A stretch of 33,846 nucleotides of DNA from the sequence record SRR22947725_599; one strand, 5' to 3'. The first letter of the stretch is position 1. Every line of letters starts with the position of its first letter. The notes under the pieces are model-generated. The model was not told the origin of the DNA and searched no databases. It was given only the letters and a program-made list of their open reading frames with translations. Positions 17,901-26,964 of the stretch are shown here, in pieces. The position numbers and the translations under genes are program-made.

Positions 17901-19079
17901 ACGAACAGAGTTGGTTAACTGTGAATCTGATTGACCAATGACTAGTGGGTTAAATCCATTATTTGCATTATCAGGGTTTGCATTTGGTCCTACAAATATA
18001 TTCACATTTGAAGCTAAATTAGAAGATTCTCCAAGATCTTGGAATGCTACAATGTTTCTAACGTTATCTATTGTATTATTTCTATTAGTGACCCAAACTT
18101 CAGTTCTTGTAATTTGAATATTAGAGTTGACATATGGGTAGTTCAATAAAGCTTGATCGTATTTTTCTCTAAATGCATGACTTAAAAAAAAATGTCTGTT
18201 TTCATCATAATCTAAAGCTCTAAATTGAAATTCTTCAATTGTCCCTCCAGCCTGAGCTACAACTGTTTTAGCCTCAGATTTTTGTTCAGAAAATACTGCA
18301 GTGACTCTAGTTTTACCGAATTGAAGTTCTGTTTTAAAACCAAACAAACTCTGAGCACCAGTAATTAAAGAACTGTTTAGTGGCATACTTACATTTCCTA
18401 CTTCAATTTTTTTAATAATATCGTCTTCTGTTGGCTCATATTGAATCTGCATAAGATTTTGAAAATCGAATGTAGATTGAGTGTCAAAATTTGCATTTAC
18501 CTGAACTCTTGTTCCTACCTTACCAAGTAAACTTAATCCAATTCTTTGATCAAAATCAAAAGAAAAATTACTTCTATTTCTGGGTGAAAATGAAGGGTTG
18601 TCTTGCTTTGTATATAATACACCAAGGTCTATTTCTAGAGAACCTTGTGGAACAACTTCTATAGTATTACCTCCAAAAATTGACTCAAATAACTTAGAAT
18701 TGACATAAATTTCTGGAATCAAATTTTTCTGTAAATCTTCTGAACCATCAAGTCTACCCTCAGCAGCTTTGATTTTGTCTTTATAATATTTTTTTAAATT
18801 TTCATCTAAAATTAAATCTTCATATTCTTTTGGAGATAAAATAATTGGATAGTTTATATTAAAATCACCAACTGATTGATTAAAAAAATACCTATCACTA
18901 ATTGGGTCGTAAGTGTAATTTTCCTCAATACTAGTAGGGTTTTCTAATTCAAGATTAGTTGTAGAAAATTCTTCAGATGTTAGATTTTGAGAAAAAGCAG
19001 TTGAAATAGATAGAATTATAATTATACCAAATAGAAGTATATTAAATTCACGTACTACTATATTTTTGAATTTATTCAA
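11913..19079 (-). CDS. sprA: Type IX secretion system outer-membrane translocon SprA
   Basis: 2388 aa; FESIFGGNTIEVVPQG, IEVGNVSMPL, WFNELRL motifs; C-terminal RYNFGN; sits between ruvA and gcvH; TTG start. Confidence 0.95.
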   Translation of the reverse strand: MNKFKNIVVREFNILLFGIIIILSISTAFSQNLTSEEFSTTNLELENPTSIEENYTYDPISDRYFFNQSVGDFNINYPIILSPKEYEDLILDENLKKYYKDKIKAAEGRLDGSEDLQKNLIPEIYVNSKLFESIFGGNTIEVVPQGSLEIDLGVLYTKQDNPSFSPRNRSNFSFDFDQRIGLSLLGKVGTRVQVNANFDTQSTFDFQNLMQIQYEPTEDDIIKKIEVGNVSMPLNSSLITGAQSLFGFKTELQFGKTRVTAVFSEQKSEAKTVVAQAGGTIEEFQFRALDYDENRHFFLSHAFREKYDQALLNYPYVNSNIQITRTEVWVTNRNNTIDNVRNIVAFQDLGESSNLASNVNIFVGPNANPDNANNGFNPLVIGQSDSQLTNSVRDIATIQSGILLPNVNEGYDYGKLENAKKLNTDSDYTVNTQLGYISLNQKLDNDEILAVAFQYTIGDQVYQVGEFANDGVQATEISNNNDNTNPVVNNNNLIVKLLKSTVSSVEAPMWKLMMKNIYNTGSFQLEEDGFKLNIFYNESSPLNYITPVDGVPFPTTNANDLNITETPLLNLFNFDRLNSNNDPQFRGDGFFDFVPGITVLQNNGKIIFTKVEPFGEFLFEKLRLSPNENYDGNEDIADDYNLNQKKYVYSSLYKSSKTIALQDSEKNKFQITGKYKSSSGSGIPIGAYNVPRGSVNVTAGGRVLTEGVDYTVNYQAGTVQILDPALQSSGTPINVSVENNATFGQQTKRFTGFNVEHQFSEKFLLGGTFLNLNERPVTQKANYGTEPINNTIFGFNGNFETELPLLTRLINKLPTIETEVASNLSLRGEVAYLVPGAPKGTDFKGEVTSYVDDFEGTQNIIDLMSPQGWSLSSRPKNLGLFYNDGGEDANGIQNGYDRALLNWYSIDPVFYSSIRPDEINDDEISNPYTRRIFIDEIFPQIDIVQGQISVINSLDLNYYPDVRGPYNMNPENVENSLTNPSNSWAGITRQITTTDFEQSNVEYIEFWLQDPFINNPENSGGKLTFNLGNISEDVLKDGRKQYENGLPEDGDISLLNETTWGSIVPQNQSLIYAFSTLGEERVNQDVGLDGYDDQEEIIKFPSYASLEDPSNDNYNYFLNADGDILNRYKQYNGLDGNSPEIFTNTNRGSTTQPDAEDINRDNTMNTIDSYFEYEINITPNSLSDINNQFIKDRKEKTVSLPNGTTETIKWYQFRVPVNEPSNTIGGISDFRSIRFIRMYLNEFSENTTFRFGTLELVRSDWRKYQLSLDEEVNNDNDITSLNVGVIGIQENEESYVSPPGVEREQFNNNNTIVRQNEQSLVLDVCALETEDSRAVYKNINVDMRQYKRIRMFLHAEEGSSPGLSDGDIVGFIRMGNDLTQNYYQIEVPLQRSSTNTLDPQSIWPEINEINLPMDVLESIKSLGITNGTLANEDPIFYDVFGDDLIVDPVDEFSPFQLGQHRVSIKGNPNFGDIRTLMVGVKNPRQDNMDVCGTVWFNELRLSDMDNEGGWAATVTIDTNIADFMSLSATGRQSTSGFGSIEQGPNERDIEDIRQYDLVSNINVGQLLPEKWGVTIPFNFGLSEELITPEYDQQYKDIKLQTRLSSVENTIEKNKILEQSEDYTKRKSINFIGVNKQRTGEGQPKFYDIENLTFNYSYNEIEHRDYEIEDLLDQNVRAGAAYNFNFNSIKLEPFKKNDSLFTGKYFKILKDINFNLLPTNISVNTDFIRQFNKQKFRESELTGDNISVNELFRRNYNFDLQYNFNYVISDGLNFSYNASNNNIVKNYFLDDNINGAQDSTLDVFDRFFDIGDPNRQSQQFAINYELPLNKIPTFSFLKTSYSYTGDFQWQKGSDLFGNLTLNGETYDLGNTISNANTHNINSSLDMTKFYRYIGLVNNNNRSADKRSIGSQRNSPVNNKFNFKKTVIDLLTSVKRIQINYSENNGSFLPGYLQTPDFIGSFRPSLGYVFGSQRDIRYLAARNGWLTVFPEFNQQYTQVKNKNLTFSANLTPIRDLKIDLTAGRTYSENLTENFNTIDLDGDGLSDDYNPLIQNTLGNFNISTVLIKTAFSNSDENSSETFDTFRENRLVIARRLALDAGIDFTNPNNFENGDLSGFPLGYGKTNQSVLLPAFLSAYTGNDPSTSNMSAFRNVPIPNWSLKYTGLMKLKWFKKNFKRLSISHGYNAMYTINQFRSNLDFNQGNPELDFSLQNPNVLDQSNNYKNEFLYSNINLMEQFSPLFKLDFEMKNSVKILAEVKKDRLLSLSFDNNLLTEIQGNEYVFGFGYRVKDLRIRSSLAGASQIIKSDLNMKLDLSVRNNKTIIRYLDLDNNQVTSGQTIWNFKYSADYDFSRNLTGIFYFDYSFSEYAISTAFPQTTIRSGFTMRYNFGN

Positions 19080-19085
19080 ACTAAA

Positions 19086-19670
19086 TTATAAATTTTTCAA
19101 AGCTTCTTTTATAATGAGTTCAACTGAAGCATCTGCATTATTTAATATGATTTTATCAACTAATTTTTCAGAAGTTTTTTTGTTAATTCCAAGCACTTCT
19201 AGTGCAGATAACGCTTCTTCTTTAGCTGTATTGTTATTTTGGAAAGAAATTTTATCATCAAGATCATATATTTTTAAGACTTTGTCTTTTAGCTCTATTA
19301 TAACTCTTTGAGATGTTTTAAGGCCGATACCTTTGACAGATTGAATCATTGCAGAATCTCCAATTGAAATTCCTTGGATTATTTGTTCAGGAGAAAGAGA
19401 AGATAACATTGTTCTGGCTATACTCGCACCAATTCCACTTACAGAAATCAGTAGCCTAAAAATCTCTCTTTCTTTTCTAGAATAAAAACCAAATAACGTA
19501 TGAGAATCTTCTTTGATTTGAAGATGGGTATATAGTTTTAAATTTTCCTGGTCGGGAATTGCAGAAAATGTATTTAAAGAAATGTTAATTAAATAACCTA
19601 TTCCATTGACTTCAATGATAACACTTGTAGGTGACTTTTCAATTAATTTTCCTTTTATGTGAGTTATCAT
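19086..19670 (-). CDS. ruvA: Holliday junction branch migration protein RuvA
   Basis: LISVSGIG, VKGIGLKTSQRVIIELKDK HhH motifs, EALSALEVLG. Confidence 0.97.
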   Translation of the reverse strand: MITHIKGKLIEKSPTSVIIEVNGIGYLINISLNTFSAIPDQENLKLYTHLQIKEDSHTLFGFYSRKEREIFRLLISVSGIGASIARTMLSSLSPEQIIQGISIGDSAMIQSVKGIGLKTSQRVIIELKDKVLKIYDLDDKISFQNNNTAKEEALSALEVLGINKKTSEKLVDKIILNNADASVELIIKEALKNL

Positions 19671-19685
19671 AGTTTATTATTTTAC

Positions 19686-19693
19686 CAAATTTA
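19686..19693 (-). promoter_or_regulatory. Possible -7 promoter element TAAATTTG for ruvA-sprA-gcvH
   Basis: TAnnTTTG in the 29-bp gap, 15 nt before the ATG; no clear -33. Confidence 0.5.
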
Positions 19694-19699
19694 GTTAAT

Positions 19700-21973
19700 T
19701 TATTTTCTTGACTCTTTCATTTGAGCATCAATTACTGCTATTGCAGTCATATTTATAATTTCATCAACAGATGCATCTAATTGTAAAATATGTACAGGTT
19801 TTTTTAGACCCATCATTATTGGACCTATATTGTCAGCTTTGTTTAATTCTTTTAAAAGTTTATAGGTGATATTTGCTGAATCTAAATTTGGAAATATTAA
19901 TGTATTTACCTTTTTTGAGGATAATTTTGAAAAAGGAAAAATATCATTTCTCATTACGTTATTGAGCGCAAAATCTGTTTGGAGTTCACCGTCAACAATT
20001 AAGTCGGGTGAAGATCTGTGTAAATACTTAACAGCATTTCTAACCTTTGTTGCTGAAATATCTTTGGAAGATCCAAAATTAGAATAAGATGTCATTGCAA
20101 TGACAGGATCTATACCAAACATTTTAACCGTTGTTGCTGTCATCTGTGCAATTTTTGCTAATTCCGAGGCATTAGGATCAATGTTGATAGAAGTATCGCT
20201 AAGAAACAGTGGGCCTCTTTCAGTTATTAATAAATTTGTTGTAGCAATTCTGGTTGCACCTTCATCCAAACCGATTAGTTTTAATATAGGTTTTACAACA
20301 TTTGGATAGCTTTTTGAATAACCAGTAATTAAAGCATCGGCATCTCCAGCGTTAACCATCATAGCTCCAAAATAATTTCTCTCTCGCATTAATTTTTTTG
20401 ATGCTAAAAGTGATAACCCTTTTCTTTCTTCTTTTTTCCAATAAATGTGAGCATATTCATTAATCATTTCTTGATTGTTTTCTTTTGGATCTACTATTTC
20501 AATAGCATCATCAAAATCCAACTCTTCCATTAACATTTTTATAGTTTCATTTCTTCCTAATAAAATTGGAATTGCAATTCCTTCATCATGAACAAATTGA
20601 GCAGCTTTTAACACTGTTAATTGATCTGCCTCTGCAAAAACTACTCTTTTAGGGTTTCTTTTTGCTCTACCATGCATCAATCTTACCAATTTATTATCGC
20701 CTCCAGACCTTTCAATAAGTTCATCTATATATTTAGGCCAATTTTTAATTGGAAATTGAGCTACACCACTATCCATAGCTGCTTTAGCAACAGCTGGTGG
20801 AACAACAGAAATCAGTCGTGGATCAAATGGTTTTGGTATAATATAATCTCTACCAAAAGTTAATCTTGTTTGATCATAGGCAACATTAACTTGCTCAGGA
20901 ACTGCTTCTTTAGCTAAATCTGCAAGTGCAATAACAGCAGCTTTTTTCATCTCCTCATTAATAGTCGTTGCTCTAACATCTAAAGCACCTCTAAAAATAA
21001 ATGGGAACCCTAAAACATTATTGACTTGATTTGGGTTATCACTTCTTCCAGTTGCCATAATAACGTCCTCTCTTGTGTTTGTAGCTAACATATAATTAAT
21101 TTCTGGGTCTGGATTAGCCATGGCAAATACAATAGGGTTTTTAGCCATTTTATTTAACATTTTTGGAGTTAATATATCCGAAGTTGAAAGGCCTATAAAA
21201 ACATCTGAGTCGACTATAGCTTGGTCTAATGTCGAGATGTTCTTTGAAGTTGCAAACTCAGATTTGCTCTTATTTAAATTTTTTCTTTTAGAATTAATAA
21301 CTCCTTTACTATCAAGCATTACAATATTATCATTATTAAGTCCAAAAGACTTATAAAGTTTTGCACATGAGATGGCTGCGGCCCCTGCTCCGCTAATAAC
21401 CATTTTGACTTCTTCTATTTTTTTATCTGCAATTTCTAAGGCATTAATTAATGCCGCTGCAGAAATAATTGCTGTACCGTGTTGATCATCATGCATCACT
21501 GGTATGTTAAGCTCTTTCATTAATCTTCTTTCAATTTCAAAAGCCTCAGGTGCTTTAATATCCTCAAGATTGATTCCTCCAAAAGTAGGTGCTATATTTT
21601 TTACAGTATTAATAAATTCATCAATGTTTTCTGTATCAACTTCAATATCAAAAACGTCAATGTCAGCAAAAATTTTAAAAAGTAAAGCCTTTCCTTCCAT
21701 CACAGGTTTTGATGCTTCTGCACCAATATTTCCTAATCCTAAAACAGCCGTTCCATTGGTGATAACAGCTACTAAATTTCCTTTTGAAGTATATTTATAA
21801 GAATTTGATTTGTCTTTTTCTATCTCTAGACATGGCTCAGCAACACCTGGTGAGTAGGCTAAAGAGAGATCTCTTTGAGTAGCATATTTTTTTGTAGGAA
21901 CTACTTTAATTTTACCTGGACTAGGCTTAGCGTGATAATCTAATGCTTGTTTTCTTGTTGTTTTTCTTTTCAT
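19700..21973 (-). CDS. maeB: NADP-dependent malic enzyme with C-terminal phosphotransacetylase-like domain
   Basis: 757 aa; LSLAYSPGVA, KPVMEGK, INLEDI, HDDQHGTA, GAGAA; PTA-like C-terminal half. Confidence 0.96.
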   Translation of the reverse strand: MKRKTTRKQALDYHAKPSPGKIKVVPTKKYATQRDLSLAYSPGVAEPCLEIEKDKSNSYKYTSKGNLVAVITNGTAVLGLGNIGAEASKPVMEGKALLFKIFADIDVFDIEVDTENIDEFINTVKNIAPTFGGINLEDIKAPEAFEIERRLMKELNIPVMHDDQHGTAIISAAALINALEIADKKIEEVKMVISGAGAAAISCAKLYKSFGLNNDNIVMLDSKGVINSKRKNLNKSKSEFATSKNISTLDQAIVDSDVFIGLSTSDILTPKMLNKMAKNPIVFAMANPDPEINYMLATNTREDVIMATGRSDNPNQVNNVLGFPFIFRGALDVRATTINEEMKKAAVIALADLAKEAVPEQVNVAYDQTRLTFGRDYIIPKPFDPRLISVVPPAVAKAAMDSGVAQFPIKNWPKYIDELIERSGGDNKLVRLMHGRAKRNPKRVVFAEADQLTVLKAAQFVHDEGIAIPILLGRNETIKMLMEELDFDDAIEIVDPKENNQEMINEYAHIYWKKEERKGLSLLASKKLMRERNYFGAMMVNAGDADALITGYSKSYPNVVKPILKLIGLDEGATRIATTNLLITERGPLFLSDTSINIDPNASELAKIAQMTATTVKMFGIDPVIAMTSYSNFGSSKDISATKVRNAVKYLHRSSPDLIVDGELQTDFALNNVMRNDIFPFSKLSSKKVNTLIFPNLDSANITYKLLKELNKADNIGPIMMGLKKPVHILQLDASVDEIINMTAIAVIDAQMKESRK

Positions 21974-21992
21974 TTGGATGGTAGATGAATTA

Positions 21993-22021
21993 CAAATGTA
22001 ATATCTTATAGGTAAAACAAA
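21993..22021 (-). promoter_or_regulatory. Putative maeB promoter
   Basis: TACATTTG (21993-22000) with TTTG (22018-22021) 17 nt upstream, slightly short spacer. Confidence 0.55.
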
Positions 22022-22033
22022 AACTTAAGTAGG

Positions 22034-22960
22034 CTAATGTTTTAAGAAATTTATATTTCTTTTCAACCCTTTGAGTTTTGTTCTTTTTACAGCTGATTTC
22101 GAAAAAACCTTACTAAAAGTTTCCTGAGTTATTTCATCCCAATCTTTTTTTGTCATTGATAATAGATCAGGATTAGGATTAAATAATGGTTCGTTATGAG
22201 CTTTTGAAAATTTATTCCATGGACAAACATCTTGGCAAATATCACAGCCAAACATCCAATTTTCAAACATTCCCTTCATTGAGCTGGGGATATTATCTTT
22301 TAATTCAATTGTAAAATAGGATATACATTTACTTCCATCTACAACATAAGGTTCAACTATTGCGTCTGTTGGGCATGCTTCTATACAAGCAGTGCATGAT
22401 CCGCAATGATCCGTTTCTATATGATCATTTATTAAATCCAAGTCTATTATCAATTCAGTAATAAAATAAAAAGAGCCAACTTTTTTAGTGATTAAGTTTG
22501 AGTTTTTTCCTACCCAGCCTAGGCCACTTTTTGCAGCCCATGCCTTTTCTAGTATAGGGGCTGAATCAACAAATGCTCTACCAGAAACTTCACCAATATT
22601 TTCTCTAATAAAATACAGCAACTCTTTTACCTTGTCTTTCACAACAAAATGATAATCATTACCATATGCATATTTGGAGATTTTTGGAGATTTTTCAACA
22701 CTTAATTCCTCACTTGGATAATAATTATATAATAATGAGATAACACTTTTAGAATCTGAAACTAACTTTCTAGTATCTAATCTTTTATCGAAATGATTTT
22801 CCATATATTTCATTTCTCCATGCATATTTTTATTAAGCCATTTTTCTAGTCTAGGTGCTTCTTCTTCTAAAAACTGAGATTTACTTATACCACATGAAAT
22901 AAAGCCAAGTCTATTTGCTTCAGACTTAATAAGTTCAGTATATTTTTGTTTTTTAGTCAA
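22034..22960 (-). CDS. queG: Epoxyqueuosine reductase
   Basis: [52 protein letters not shown]. Confidence 0.96.
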   Translation of the reverse strand: MTKKQKYTELIKSEANRLGFISCGISKSQFLEEEAPRLEKWLNKNMHGEMKYMENHFDKRLDTRKLVSDSKSVISLLYNYYPSEELSVEKSPKISKYAYGNDYHFVVKDKVKELLYFIRENIGEVSGRAFVDSAPILEKAWAAKSGLGWVGKNSNLITKKVGSFYFITELIIDLDLINDHIETDHCGSCTACIEACPTDAIVEPYVVDGSKCISYFTIELKDNIPSSMKGMFENWMFGCDICQDVCPWNKFSKAHNEPLFNPNPDLLSMTKKDWDEITQETFSKVFSKSAVKRTKLKGLKRNINFLKH

Positions 22961-22974
22961 TGGAGTTTTTAAAA

Positions 22975-23997
22975 TTAAAACAAACCCTTTTGTTTATTAG
23001 CTTTAACTTTTCCAAGGTGCTTGTATGCAATATCCATAACTTCTCTTCCTCTGGGAGTTCTCATAATAAAACCTTGCTGAATTAAAAAAGGCTCATACAC
23101 CTCTTCAATTGTTTCAGCATTTTCTCCAACTGCTGTAGAAAGAGTATTTAACCCAACTGGTCCACCACTAAATTTGTCGATAATGGTATTGAGAATTTTA
23201 TTATCCATCTCATCAAGTCCATATTTATCAACATTTAGTGCTTGCAAACTACTTTTAGAGATTTTTAGATCTATCTCACCATTTCCTTTAATTTGAGCAA
23301 AATCACGAACTCTTCTTAAAAGAGCATTGGCAATTCTAGGAGTCCCTCTACTTCGTCCCGCAATTTCGATTGATGCATCGTTTGATATAGGTACATTTAA
23401 AATATCTGCACTTCTTTTTATAATGGTAGACAAAACCTCTTTTGTATAATATTCAAGTCTACTTGTAATTCCAAATCTAGCTCTCATTGGAGCAGTTAAT
23501 AGTCCTGATCTCGTTGTAGCTCCAATTAAAGTAAAAGGATTAAGGTTTATTTGTACTGATCTAGCATTTGGGCCAGACTCAATCATAATATCAATCTTAT
23601 AATCTTCCATAGCAGAATAAAGATATTCTTCGACAATTGGACTCAATCTATGAATTTCATCAATAAACAAAACATCCCTTTCTTCTAAGTTAGTTAGAAG
23701 CCCAGCTAAATCACCTGGCTTGTCTAAAACAGGTCCCGATGAAACTTTTATACCAACATTTAATTCATTAGCTAAAATATTTGCTAATGTTGTTTTTCCA
23801 AGTCCGGGTGGACCATGGAACAAGGTGTGGTCTAAAGCATCGTTTCTTTGATTTGAAGCCTGAATGAAAATTTTTAAATTTTCTAATATGTGATCTTGTC
23901 CAGTAAAATCAGCAAAAGATAATGGTCTTAAATTTTGTTCAAACTCATGCTCATCAGATGACAAATTATTTGAAGATGGATCTAAATTTTCATTCAT
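22975..23997 (-). CDS. ruvB: Holliday junction DNA helicase RuvB
   Basis: [34 protein letters not shown]. Likely start is ATG 23997; the track's 19-aa extension translates a terminator. Confidence 0.97.
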   Translation of the reverse strand: MNENLDPSSNNLSSDEHEFEQNLRPLSFADFTGQDHILENLKIFIQASNQRNDALDHTLFHGPPGLGKTTLANILANELNVGIKVSSGPVLDKPGDLAGLLTNLEERDVLFIDEIHRLSPIVEEYLYSAMEDYKIDIMIESGPNARSVQINLNPFTLIGATTRSGLLTAPMRARFGITSRLEYYTKEVLSTIIKRSADILNVPISNDASIEIAGRSRGTPRIANALLRRVRDFAQIKGNGEIDLKISKSSLQALNVDKYGLDEMDNKILNTIIDKFSGGPVGLNTLSTAVGENAETIEEVYEPFLIQQGFIMRTPRGREVMDIAYKHLGKVKANKQKGLF

Positions 23998-24001
23998 AAA
24001 A

Positions 24002-24009
24002 CAAATATA
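24002..24009 (-). promoter_or_regulatory. -7 promoter element TATATTTG 4 nt before the ruvB ATG
   Basis: Exact TAnnTTTG match immediately after the terminator U-tract. Confidence 0.65.
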
Positions 24010-24045
24010 AAGAAAAAGCCCTTCTAAAAAGAAAGGCTTTTTTTT
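24010..24045 (-). terminator. Intrinsic terminator of the act-oxidase operon (possibly bidirectional)
   Basis: Minus strand AAAAAGCCTTTCT-TTTT-AGAAGGGCTTTTTCTTT: stem with one G-U pair, then a U tract, about 20 nt after the subunit I stop. Confidence 0.8.
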
Positions 24046-24066
24046 ATTAATCAAATTAATTGAACA

Positions 24067-25854
24067 TTAATATTCTATCTCGTCTTTTTTCATAGGTTTA
24101 ATCTGTGGCACAAAATCTTCTTTGTAACCAGGCTTACTATAATCATAAGGCCATCTAAATACTTCAGGAATTTTACCTTTCCAATTTCCGTGAATATGCT
24201 TCATTGAAGCAGTCCATTCTAAAGTATTCGATTTCCAAGGGTTTTGTGGAGATTTTTTTCCGTAAAACATACTATGAATGAAATTATATAAGAATACGAT
24301 TTGTATTAGACCACCAACAATAGCAAAACCTGTTATAATTTTATTAGTGTCAGCTAAATCATCAAATAAAGGGAAATTAGAATTTGTATAATATCTTCTC
24401 GGAAGCCCAGCCATACCAATAAAATGCATTGGGAAAAATACTCCATAGGCACATATAGCGGTTACCCAGAAATGTATGTATCCAAGGTTCTTGTTTAGCA
24501 TTCTATTAAACAGCATAGGGAACCAATGATAAACACCGGCGAATAATCCATATAATGCAGAAATACCCATAACTAAATGAAAATGGGCAACCACAAAGTA
24601 TGTATCATGTAAATTAATATCAAGAGCGCTATCTCCAAGTATAATACCAGTTAATCCACCAGTTATAAATGTTGAAACAAAGCCAATTGAAAATAACATA
24701 GCAGGGTTAAACTGTATGTTTCCTTTCCACAACGTGGTTATATAATTAAATGCTTTAACAGCAGATGGAATAGCAATTAATAAAGTTGTAAAGGTGAATA
24801 CAGATCCTAAAAATGGATTCATTCCAGAAATAAACATATGATGTCCCCAAACAATTGTAGATAAAAATGCAATTGCAAGAATAGATAAAATCATTGCTTT
24901 ATATCCAAAAATTGGCTTTCTGGAGTTTGTTGCAATTACTTCTGATGCAATCCCTAAAGCTGGTAACAAAACAATATATACTTCAGGGTGACCTAGGAAC
25001 CAAAACAAATGCTCAAATAAAACTGGTGAACCACCTTGATAATGTAAAACTTCGCCTTGAATAAAAATATCAGATAAGAAAAATGATGTCCCGAACGATC
25101 TATCCATTATTAGCAATAAAGCAGCAGATAGTAAAACTGGGAAAGAAATAACTCCAATTATTGCTGTAACAAAAAATGCCCAAATAGTCAACGGCATTCT
25201 TGTTAATGTCATTCCTTTAGTTCTTAAATTTATAACAGTAACTATATAATTTAGCGACCCTAGTAAAGAAGATGCAATAAAAATTGCCATTGAGACTAAC
25301 CATAAAGTCATTCCAAGCCCTGAACCACCCTGAGCTAACTCTACAGCACTTAAAGGAGGATAGATAGTCCATCCAGCTGCAGCTGGACCTGCTTCAACAA
25401 AAATAGAAGCTACCATGATAACAGTAGATAAGAAAAATAACCAGAAAGAAACCATATTCAAAAATCCAGATGCCATATCTCTGGCTCCTAATTGAAGGGG
25501 AATTAATAAATTACTAAAGGTTCCACTTAATCCTGCAGTTAGAACAAAGAATACCATTATTGTCCCATGCATAGTAACAAGCGCTAAATAAATATCAGCA
25601 TCCATAACACCATCTGGCGCCCACTTACCTAGAAAAAATTCAAAAATTATATTTGGTTCTTCTGGCCAAGCAATTTGTAATCTCATTAAAAGAGACATTA
25701 ATATCCCTATTACCCCCATAAAAAGAACCCCAGTGATTAAATATTGCTTAGCAATCATTTTATGATCCTGGCTAAATATATACTTAGTAATAAATGTTTC
25801 TTTATGATGATGTCCGTGATCTTCGTTTGGATCAATTTCTATATATTCTGACAT
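24067..25854 (-). CDS. ctaD: Cytochrome c oxidase subunit I (A1-type heme-copper oxidase)
   Basis: TMHG, GARDMA (D-channel), WFLGHPEVY, WGHHM, AVK (K-channel), LHDTYFVVAHFH, GLPRRY. Confidence 0.97.
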   Translation of the reverse strand: MSEYIEIDPNEDHGHHHKETFITKYIFSQDHKMIAKQYLITGVLFMGVIGILMSLLMRLQIAWPEEPNIIFEFFLGKWAPDGVMDADIYLALVTMHGTIMVFFVLTAGLSGTFSNLLIPLQLGARDMASGFLNMVSFWLFFLSTVIMVASIFVEAGPAAAGWTIYPPLSAVELAQGGSGLGMTLWLVSMAIFIASSLLGSLNYIVTVINLRTKGMTLTRMPLTIWAFFVTAIIGVISFPVLLSAALLLIMDRSFGTSFFLSDIFIQGEVLHYQGGSPVLFEHLFWFLGHPEVYIVLLPALGIASEVIATNSRKPIFGYKAMILSILAIAFLSTIVWGHHMFISGMNPFLGSVFTFTTLLIAIPSAVKAFNYITTLWKGNIQFNPAMLFSIGFVSTFITGGLTGIILGDSALDINLHDTYFVVAHFHLVMGISALYGLFAGVYHWFPMLFNRMLNKNLGYIHFWVTAICAYGVFFPMHFIGMAGLPRRYYTNSNFPLFDDLADTNKIITGFAIVGGLIQIVFLYNFIHSMFYGKKSPQNPWKSNTLEWTASMKHIHGNWKGKIPEVFRWPYDYSKPGYKEDFVPQIKPMKKDEIEY

Positions 25855-25864
25855 ACTGTAAATA

Positions 25865-26947
25865 TTATTTTTGAGCTATTAATGAATTTTTAAATTTAGT
25901 CTGCTGATTTATCCATTTATCAAATTCTTCTTGTGTTTCAACTACTATTTTCATTTGCATGTTGTAATGAGATTTACCACAGATTTTATTACACAATAAA
26001 AGATAATCAAATTCATAAGGGTCTAAAACTTCTTCACCTTTTTCTTGTAATTCTTTACTTTTTTCGGCTCTTATATTGTTAATATTTAATATTTTTTCTA
26101 TCATCTCAGGGGTTTCTCTCATCTCTGCTGTGGTAACACTAGGAGTAAAACCAAATTGAGTAATCATCCCAGGAACACAATTCATTTGAGCTCTAAAGTG
26201 TGGCATGTAGGCAGAGTGTAAAACATCTTGAGATCTCATTTTAAATAAAACTGGCTTTCCTACTGGAAGATGAAGTTCAGTTGTTATAATATCATCTTGT
26301 GCGTTTGGATCAAATTCGTCAAGACCTAAAATATTTGCTCTATCTATATCAATTAATCTTACATTAGCTTTACCTAAAGCATTGTCTTCACCAGAGTATC
26401 TAGCTTTCCAATTAAATTGTTGAGCATATAATTCTATTACTATTGGATCTTCGTCTTGGTCTACATTCATGATATCTGACCAAGTCAATAGACCGTAAGT
26501 TATTAATACAGTAAGAACTAAAGCAGGTATGATAGTCCATAAAAATTCTAGCTTATGGTTGTCAGAGTAGAAGAAAGCTTTTCTTCCTTTTTGACCTTTA
26601 TATTTGTATGCAAAATAGTATAAGAAAAATTGAGTTACTGTTTGAACAAAGAAAATAAGTACCATAGAGACCATCATAAGATCGTCAATCTTAGATCCAT
26701 GAACTGATGCTGAGTTCGACATAAGAGGAAAGTCTCCGTATCTAATAAAACAAATAATTGTTATGACATAAATAAATATTAGGAATCCTAACATTAAATA
26801 TCCATTTACCTTATTGTCCTTATCATTAGCGATTTGCGAACTATCTTTAGCAACAGTACTCACTTGAGTCAAGTCATATATTTTTACTATCTGCCAGATA
26901 GCTGTTACTACAAAAAATAAAATTAAAATTGTGAAAAAAGTACTCAT
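25865..26947 (-). CDS. ctaC: Cytochrome c oxidase subunit II (CuA)
   Basis: LEFLWTIIP, QQFNW, DVLHS, CuA motif CNKICGKSHYNM; extra N-terminal TM segments; no CxxCH. Confidence 0.95.
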   Translation of the reverse strand: MSTFFTILILFFVVTAIWQIVKIYDLTQVSTVAKDSSQIANDKDNKVNGYLMLGFLIFIYVITIICFIRYGDFPLMSNSASVHGSKIDDLMMVSMVLIFFVQTVTQFFLYYFAYKYKGQKGRKAFFYSDNHKLEFLWTIIPALVLTVLITYGLLTWSDIMNVDQDEDPIVIELYAQQFNWKARYSGEDNALGKANVRLIDIDRANILGLDEFDPNAQDDIITTELHLPVGKPVLFKMRSQDVLHSAYMPHFRAQMNCVPGMITQFGFTPSVTTAEMRETPEMIEKILNINNIRAEKSKELQEKGEEVLDPYEFDYLLLCNKICGKSHYNMQMKIVVETQEEFDKWINQQTKFKNSLIAQK

Positions 26948-26964
26948 TTATATATACTTAAATA

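Noticed and set aside
23998..24054. 19-aa N-terminal extension of RuvB
   Set aside because: It is the translation of the terminator and promoter; RuvB-like sequence starts at 23997.
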